Source: Candidatus Cloacimonadales bacterium
GTDB taxonomy: Bacteria > Cloacimonadota > Cloacimonadia > Cloacimonadales > JAIOQZ01
Reading direction: 5' to 3'
Assembly (NCBI GenBank): GCA_963662655.2
Contig: CAXXTU010000002.1
Span: 2,144,001 to 2,208,000 of the forward strand
Length of the DNA stretch: 64,000 nt
Shown here: positions 58,646 to 64,000 of the stretch, piece after piece
How the letters are laid out: every line of letters starts with the position of its first letter
Numbering within the stretch: position 1 is the stretch's first letter
Notes under the pieces: generated by a model
Database searches by the model: none
Told to the model about the DNA's origin: nothing
What the model saw: the letters and a program-made list of their open reading frames with translations, nothing else
Program-made: the position numbers and the translations under genes

Positions 58646-59584
58646 TTAGTTGAAGGAAGTCAGCTTGCCATTCTTGAAATATAAATATGTATTGCCATAC
58701 ACCCACTGATCGCCATAAGATGCACGGTTTATTTTCTTCGGTTCTCCCCACGACATTTTCGTCATTTCCTCAGTAAAACCTATTGCTACTAAATCTTGCA
58801 AGATTTTCTTCCACGATTCAACACCAAACTTGTTTATGTAAAATATCGAATCATCAATTGTGTATCCTCTTTGCCAATTGCTTTCTCCATTTAGAAACTC
58901 AATGGGAATTGCTATCTTTGTGCTATCACAAACCAATATTGCTGAACATTCAAAATCATCTTTTGTCACAGTGACATCAATACATTCCCAGACCGAAAGT
59001 TCAACATAGTCAACTGGCTTGCCTGAAACAATATCTTTAGTGTTATTCAACGCTTTTTTTCGAAGAACGTAGCATTCTCCTATCATGCAACTCCGCATTT
59101 TCTCATAGTACTCAACCGTAAGAAATGGGAAAGAATGCTTGTACTTATGGCTATATCGAAAGTATACAATTACTTTATCATTACCTGCATGGACTAATTT
59201 CAAAATTGATTCATCTGAATTGATAGGATATACCTCTTCAACAATGAAATATTGATCTACCAATGCTTCGTAGCGGGTATTAAATTGAGAATCACCCTTT
59301 CCTCTCATAAATACGGAATTATGCTTTCGATTCTTTGCGCCTTTATTATTCTTATAGAATCCATCATATCCATATTTCTGCAAACTCTCGCTTCTTCCAA
59401 GTACAAATAATTTCTTTCCTATATATTGTTGGACATCATTTCCTAGAAAATTTCTTGTACTATCATACGGAGCTACTTCCTCAATCGCAGGCTCAGCAAC
59501 TTCGGTGAGTGTTATTTGAGAATATAAATGCACTGAAGACATGAAAAGAATCATTAGGAATATGCATCGATTTCCTATTGTCAT
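58646..59584 (-). CDS. Secreted hypothetical protein, AT-rich, C-terminal BamE/SmpA-like small domain
   Basis: Signal peptide. C-terminal IGFTEEM..MSWGEP..IN...DQWVYG.TYLYFKNGKL. Confidence 0.65.
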   Translation of the reverse strand: MTIGNRCIFLMILFMSSVHLYSQITLTEVAEPAIEEVAPYDSTRNFLGNDVQQYIGKKLFVLGRSESLQKYGYDGFYKNNKGAKNRKHNSVFMRGKGDSQFNTRYEALVDQYFIVEEVYPINSDESILKLVHAGNDKVIVYFRYSHKYKHSFPFLTVEYYEKMRSCMIGECYVLRKKALNNTKDIVSGKPVDYVELSVWECIDVTVTKDDFECSAILVCDSTKIAIPIEFLNGESNWQRGYTIDDSIFYINKFGVESWKKILQDLVAIGFTEEMTKMSWGEPKKINRASYGDQWVYGNTYLYFKNGKLTSFN

Positions 59585-59666
59585 AGCGATCTCCCGATAA
59601 GTCATTGAGATATAAAAACAAACATATACAAAATTATTTACTGACTCGTCGAGATGTCAACATAAA

Positions 59667-59694
59667 TCCCCCTCCACATACCTGCAGAGGGGGA
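59667..59694 (-). terminator. Stem-loop after the SPFH gene
   Basis: TCCCCCTC...GAGGGGGA 8-bp stem. Confidence 0.5.
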
Positions 59695-59719
59695 ACAAAA
59701 TCTATCCTGATTAACTACC

Positions 59720-60631
59720 CTACTTCTTCACGCTCTCGAAGGCGGTCTTGACCACGGAAGTTACCGAAGCGATGTCGGTGACGTTGGTGGGGATGATGAG
59801 CGTGTTGTTTTCCTTGGCGAGCTTGGCAAACGACTGGATCCAGTCCTGTGCAATACTGAGTTGCACGGCCTGCTGTCCGCCCGGCTCGTTGATGGCGGCA
59901 GCGATTTCGCGGATACTCATCGCGGTGGCTTTGGCGACGGCTTCGATGGCGAATGCCTCACCCGTTGCCTCGTTCTCGCGTTTCAAACGCTCGCCCTCGG
60001 ACTGCTTGATGGCTTCCTGCTTGTTACCCTCGGCGCGATTGATCCTGGCCAGCTTGTCACCTTCCGAGAGGTAAATCTGCTCGCGCTTCTCGCGCTCGGC
60101 GCGCATCTGCTTCTCCATGGCGTCGATGATGGTCGGCGGCGGCGTGATGTTCTTGATCTCGTAGCGCGTAACCTTGATGCCCCACGGGTCGGACGCCTCG
60201 TCGATGGCCAGCACGATGGCGGCATTGATCACATCGCGTGATTCGAAAGTGACGTCGAGGTCCAGCTTACCGATCTCCGAACGCATGGTGGTCTGCGCGA
60301 GCTGGATAATGGCATAACGGTAGTCGTTGATACCGTAGGCCGATTTGATCGGGTCCACGATCTTCACGTACAGCACCCCGTCGATCTCGATGGATATATT
60401 GTCCTTGGTGATACAAACCTGAGGCGGAACATCGATGGCGGTTTCCTTCAGAGAGAATTTGTAGGACACCTTGTCGATGAACGGAGCAAGGATGTGGAAG
60501 CCGGCTTCCAGCGTTTGCGAGTATTTTCCCAGCCGCTCCACGATATACGCGTGCTGGTTCGGCACGATGCGGATGGTCTTGAAAAAGGTTATGATTACCA
60601 GCACACCGATGATGATTAATGCGTATGACAT
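59720..60631 (-). CDS. SPFH/stomatin-like (paraslipin/QmcA-like) protein
   Basis: VERLGKY, ITKDN, LAQTTMRSEIGK, WGIKVTRYEIK, MEKQMRAEREKR. Confidence 0.93.
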   Translation of the reverse strand: MSYALIIIGVLVIITFFKTIRIVPNQHAYIVERLGKYSQTLEAGFHILAPFIDKVSYKFSLKETAIDVPPQVCITKDNISIEIDGVLYVKIVDPIKSAYGINDYRYAIIQLAQTTMRSEIGKLDLDVTFESRDVINAAIVLAIDEASDPWGIKVTRYEIKNITPPPTIIDAMEKQMRAEREKREQIYLSEGDKLARINRAEGNKQEAIKQSEGERLKRENEATGEAFAIEAVAKATAMSIREIAAAINEPGGQQAVQLSIAQDWIQSFAKLAKENNTLIIPTNVTDIASVTSVVKTAFESVKK

Positions 60632-60639
60632 GATTCCTC

Positions 60640-61092
60640 CTACGATTCGATCTTCTCGACCTTGATGGTTATGTTCTGGCGACCGACGATCTTCACCGAT
60701 TCGCCCTCGGGAATCACCTCGTCTGCCGTCGCGCTCCAGAGCGTTCCCTGATACTTGATCTTGCCTGTGCTCTTGTGCGGGTCAATCGTCTGCACGACCG
60801 GCACGACCTTCCCGACATCCAGATTGAACTCGTTCACCGAGTCGCCTTCCTTCTTCCCCATGAAAACCTTCTTCACATAACGGCGCAGCAAGAATAGCGA
60901 CGCCAGCGACGCCACGATGAATACGGCCACCTGCCAGTTGAAACCGGTAGTCAGGCCGATACCGGTTGTTAACGCGGTTATCATGGCCCCAATGCCGAAA
61001 AACGCGATGACCAGTCCCGGAATGATGAACTCCAGCGCTACGAATAAAATGCCGATGATCAGCCATATCAATGCCGGTGATAATCCAAACAT
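60640..61092 (-). CDS. NfeD-family protein
   Basis: WLIIG...LEFIIPG TM helices and OB-fold G.IKYQGTLWSA. Canonical pairing with SPFH. Confidence 0.9.
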   Translation of the reverse strand: MFGLSPALIWLIIGILFVALEFIIPGLVIAFFGIGAMITALTTGIGLTTGFNWQVAVFIVASLASLFLLRRYVKKVFMGKKEGDSVNEFNLDVGKVVPVVQTIDPHKSTGKIKYQGTLWSATADEVIPEGESVKIVGRQNITIKVEKIES

Positions 61093-61406
61093 AGTCCCTC
61101 CACTGAGTGTTTTATCTTAGTAAGGAAGTTCTGCGGGAGTTCGTCAATCTTTTTTTATCTTTCGATGAATCGTAATCATTTGAAATCGCCAATTCCCGGA
61201 GGCAGATTCGTTCGATCCCCACGGAGGCGTGGTGTTTCACACCCAATTTTCCTCTTTGAAGTAATCAATTCCAGGTTTTGCGAAGCGATAACCTGGAATC
61301 CACCAATGAAATCATGTTCGTGGATAATTGGGTGTGGTATATCCACGATGAAGTGGGAGATCGGGCGAAGATGCCCCGGGGCTGAAAATGTGGTAAACGC
61401 TTCTCT

Positions 61407-61443
61407 CCCCTCTCTTGAAACCAAGAGAGGGGCCAGGGGTGAG
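61407..61443 (-). repeat. REP-like palindrome
   Basis: Minus strand CTCACCCCTGG-CCCCTCTCTTG-GTTT-CAAGAGAGGGG (11-bp perfect stem). Confidence 0.6.
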
Positions 61444-61480
61444 TTTCATTCCATCCTGTAAATCCTAATTCTGACTATCC

Positions 61481-63205
61481 CTAATCCTCGAAATAAGGAT
61501 TCAGCTTTTCCACTTCCTCGCGCTGTAGAATCTCGTAGACCTCTTCCGGGGTTCGCGCATGGATAATCAGCTCTTTGATGTGTGAGTGATGCCCGAAGAT
61601 TTTCGCCACATTGGCAAGCACCTGCAAGTGGAGCTCATAGCGATCTTTCGGTGTAGCAATCAGGATAATGATATGCACCGGCTCGTCGTCGAGCGAATGG
61701 AAGTCGATACCCTTCTTGCAAATACCGATAACGCCCCGGATCGCGGGGCCGCCGTCGATAATCACATGCGGTATCGCGATATTTCCGCCGATACCGGTGG
61801 TGATTTCGTTCTCACGGGCAACCACGCCTTTCTTCAGCTCTTCCAGCGAGGCTTCCTTGATATTGTGCACCTTGTGCATGAACTCCGACATGCTGTCCAA
61901 CGCTTCCCACTTGTCCTTCGCATCGATGTCCAGGCGGATGTACTCTTCCTGCAGGAAATCCAGCAACCGAAGCCGGTTTTTCTGTGATTCACCCGCCTTG
62001 CTGATCGTCATTCCGGTGAGGATCGGTCCGAGGATTTCATAGAATATCACTGCGCTCAACACAATCGCCGAGAACACGGAAGCGTACGGCGCGAAGATCG
62101 GCGTATCGGTAATGATAAGCATTAAACCGATCGCGACACCCGCCAGCGGAAACATCGAGAGCCCGATCCACTTGCGAACGGTAATCGTCGAATCGGCAAA
62201 ATGCGAGCCCATCGTCGGCCCGATGAATTTCCCGATGAAGCGGGTCACGATGAGGATCAATCCGGCAAATCCGGCGATCTTCAGCGCGTGGAAATCAAGG
62301 TGCGTTCCCGCCAGAACGAAGAACGTGGCGAAGATGATTCCCTCCAGATCGTGGAACGCGGAGAAGAAGTCATCCCTGTATCGTGAATAGTTGGTGATAA
62401 TCATGCCCAGAATCAAGCTGGTCAGCAGACCCGAGAAGTGCAGCGTCTGCGATATCCCCACGGAGAGAACCAGTGCGAAAAGCACCATCGCGGGAAAAGA
62501 GAAAATGACCTTCTTCCGCTTCTCGGTGAGAAAGATGAGGGCAAAACCAACCGTTCCGCCGGTTATAAACGATTCGGACAAGTACAGAAAAGGCCGCAAC
62601 AACGTTTGCACGAGCGAAACGTCGCCGGGTTTCAAGCGACCAACCACATAGTAGTACAGCGTGTAGAACAACAGGATCACGACCACGTTGTTGAAAGCGA
62701 CCACCGCCAGGATGGTTTTGGTGAACATCCCCTTGGCTTTCTTCTCTTTCACCACGTGCAGAACGGAGCCCGGCGCAGTGGCGCAGGCAATCGCACTGAG
62801 CAAAAGTGAAATCTCCATAGGCAGTCCGGCGAAATGATGCAATCCGAAATATACCAGAGGCGCTGTTACCAGAATATCCATGAAGGTGATCCAGGTGATC
62901 CGCTTCCCGGCATTGTGCAGCTTGCGGAAATCGAGGTGACTACCGATCGTCAAGCCGATCAGTCCCAAAACGAAATGTGTGATCGGCGAAAATGCCTCGT
63001 ACGCTGATTCCGTGAAGATATTCAGCACATAAGGTCCTAAAAGTACACCGCCGATAATGCTGCCGGTCACTGTGGGAAGCCGGAACTTCTTCGCGAGGTT
63101 TCCCACAACGATTCCGGTGAGTATCAACACCGAGAGCACCAGCAACGCGTTTGCGTTAGCAATCAGTGAAGTATCATGCTGAATCCAGGCAAGAACATGA
63201 TTCAT
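61481..63205 (-). CDS. Cation:proton antiporter (CPA) fused to a PTS EIIA (Ntr/Fru-type) domain
   Basis: Multi-TM Na+/H+ exchanger region (CATAPG, RFIGK, PLAGVAIGL), then ARENEITTGIG.NIAIPH. Confidence 0.88.
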   Translation of the reverse strand: MNHVLAWIQHDTSLIANANALLVLSVLILTGIVVGNLAKKFRLPTVTGSIIGGVLLGPYVLNIFTESAYEAFSPITHFVLGLIGLTIGSHLDFRKLHNAGKRITWITFMDILVTAPLVYFGLHHFAGLPMEISLLLSAIACATAPGSVLHVVKEKKAKGMFTKTILAVVAFNNVVVILLFYTLYYYVVGRLKPGDVSLVQTLLRPFLYLSESFITGGTVGFALIFLTEKRKKVIFSFPAMVLFALVLSVGISQTLHFSGLLTSLILGMIITNYSRYRDDFFSAFHDLEGIIFATFFVLAGTHLDFHALKIAGFAGLILIVTRFIGKFIGPTMGSHFADSTITVRKWIGLSMFPLAGVAIGLMLIITDTPIFAPYASVFSAIVLSAVIFYEILGPILTGMTISKAGESQKNRLRLLDFLQEEYIRLDIDAKDKWEALDSMSEFMHKVHNIKEASLEELKKGVVARENEITTGIGGNIAIPHVIIDGGPAIRGVIGICKKGIDFHSLDDEPVHIIILIATPKDRYELHLQVLANVAKIFGHHSHIKELIIHARTPEEVYEILQREEVEKLNPYFED

Positions 63206-63207
63206 TG

Positions 63208-64000
63208 TTACTGTCCGTTATTCTCTTCGATAAGATGCCCTTTCAAAGTCCACCCGACGGCATCGACGATTTTCACTTTCACAAAGGTTCCAATCTGCGA
63301 TGGATCACCCCTGAATACAACGATTTTGAAATCTCGCGTCTTACCGGAAATCTCCTTGGTCGAGTGCTTGCTCACCTTCTCGACATAGACTTCCACTTCA
63401 CGCCCGATCTGCTCGCGGTATTTCTTCAGCGTGATCTCGCCTTGTAGCTCGATCATCCGGTTCAGGCGTTCCAGCCGAACAGATTCGTCCACCTGATCCG
63501 GCATCTCCGCTGCAGGTGTCCCTTCGCGAGGGGAATACTTGAACATGAAAGCGAAATCGAATTCTACTTCACGCATCATGCGGAGCGTATCCTCGAATGC
63601 CTCCTCCGTTTCTCCCGGGAAACCGGTCATGATGTCCGTGGTTACGGCTATATCCGGGACTTGCGCTTTGAGCTTCTTGATCAGGTTTAGGTAGTGTTCC
63701 GAAGTATAACCCCGATTCATGCGATTTAGAACCTCATCGTTGCCGGCTTGCATGGGCAGGTGAATGTGCTTGCACACCTTCTCACAATTGGCAATCGCCT
63801 CGATGAGCTCATCGGAAAGGTCCTTCGGATGCGACGTAACGAAGCGCAGGCGCTCGATTTCCTCAACGTCGTTCAATCGCCAAAGCAGCATGGGGAAGTT
63901 GATATCCCGCCAGTTGTATGAATTGACGTTTTGACCCAGCAGGGTCACATCCTTGAATCCATCTTTACCAGCCTGGATCACCTCGTTGATGATCGCCTGC
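63208..64000 (-). CDS. miaB: tRNA-2-methylthio-N6-dimethylallyladenosine synthase (3' part; 5' end outside window)
   Basis: TLLGQNVNSY, RLRFVTSHPKD, HLPMQAG, DIMTGFPGET, FKYSPREGTPAA, C-terminal TRAM. Confidence 0.93.
   Translation of the reverse strand, partial: QAIINEVIQAGKDGFKDVTLLGQNVNSYNWRDINFPMLLWRLNDVEEIERLRFVTSHPKDLSDELIEAIANCEKVCKHIHLPMQAGNDEVLNRMNRGYTSEHYLNLIKKLKAQVPDIAVTTDIMTGFPGETEEAFEDTLRMMREVEFDFAFMFKYSPREGTPAAEMPDQVDESVRLERLNRMIELQGEITLKKYREQIGREVEVYVEKVSKHSTKEISGKTRDFKIVVFRGDPSQIGTFVKVKIVDAVGWTLKGHLIEENNGQ

Overview
Chromosomal window from a diderm bacterium, probably an anaerobe and most consistent with Candidatus Cloacimonadota. That assignment is an inference from a gingipain/C25 protease with a T9SS-like/FlgD-Ig C-terminus, a GLUG/choice-of-anchor-D surface protein and TPR histidine kinases. 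Housekeeping genes include megL, purH, tRNA-Ser(GGA), class II fba, gap, sucCD, a split class I fumarase and part of miaB. There are several signalling genes, a MacB-type ABC pair, one ISL3 element and an 18-kb type IVa pilus locus (24437-42633). The pilus locus is the best candidate for an undescribed system. It has no PilY1 in the window but carries three tandem ~600-aa paralogous PilX-like proteins (DUF4900-like, architecturally reminiscent of Thermus ComZ) and an ~890-aa invasin-type Ig-repeat lipoprotein between pilQ and pilB. A sigma54-type promoter precedes pilA. Other notable signals: a near-perfect four-way-junction palindromic element (15033-15247) beside the ISL3, a circularly permuted amino-acid-binding lipoprotein, a tRNA-Ser att-like scar, a methyltransferase inserted between the fumarase subunit genes, and a chimeric HNH-like/FG-GAP pseudogene remnant. 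No CRISPR array or rRNA was seen. Family assignments come from motif recognition by eye, not database searches.
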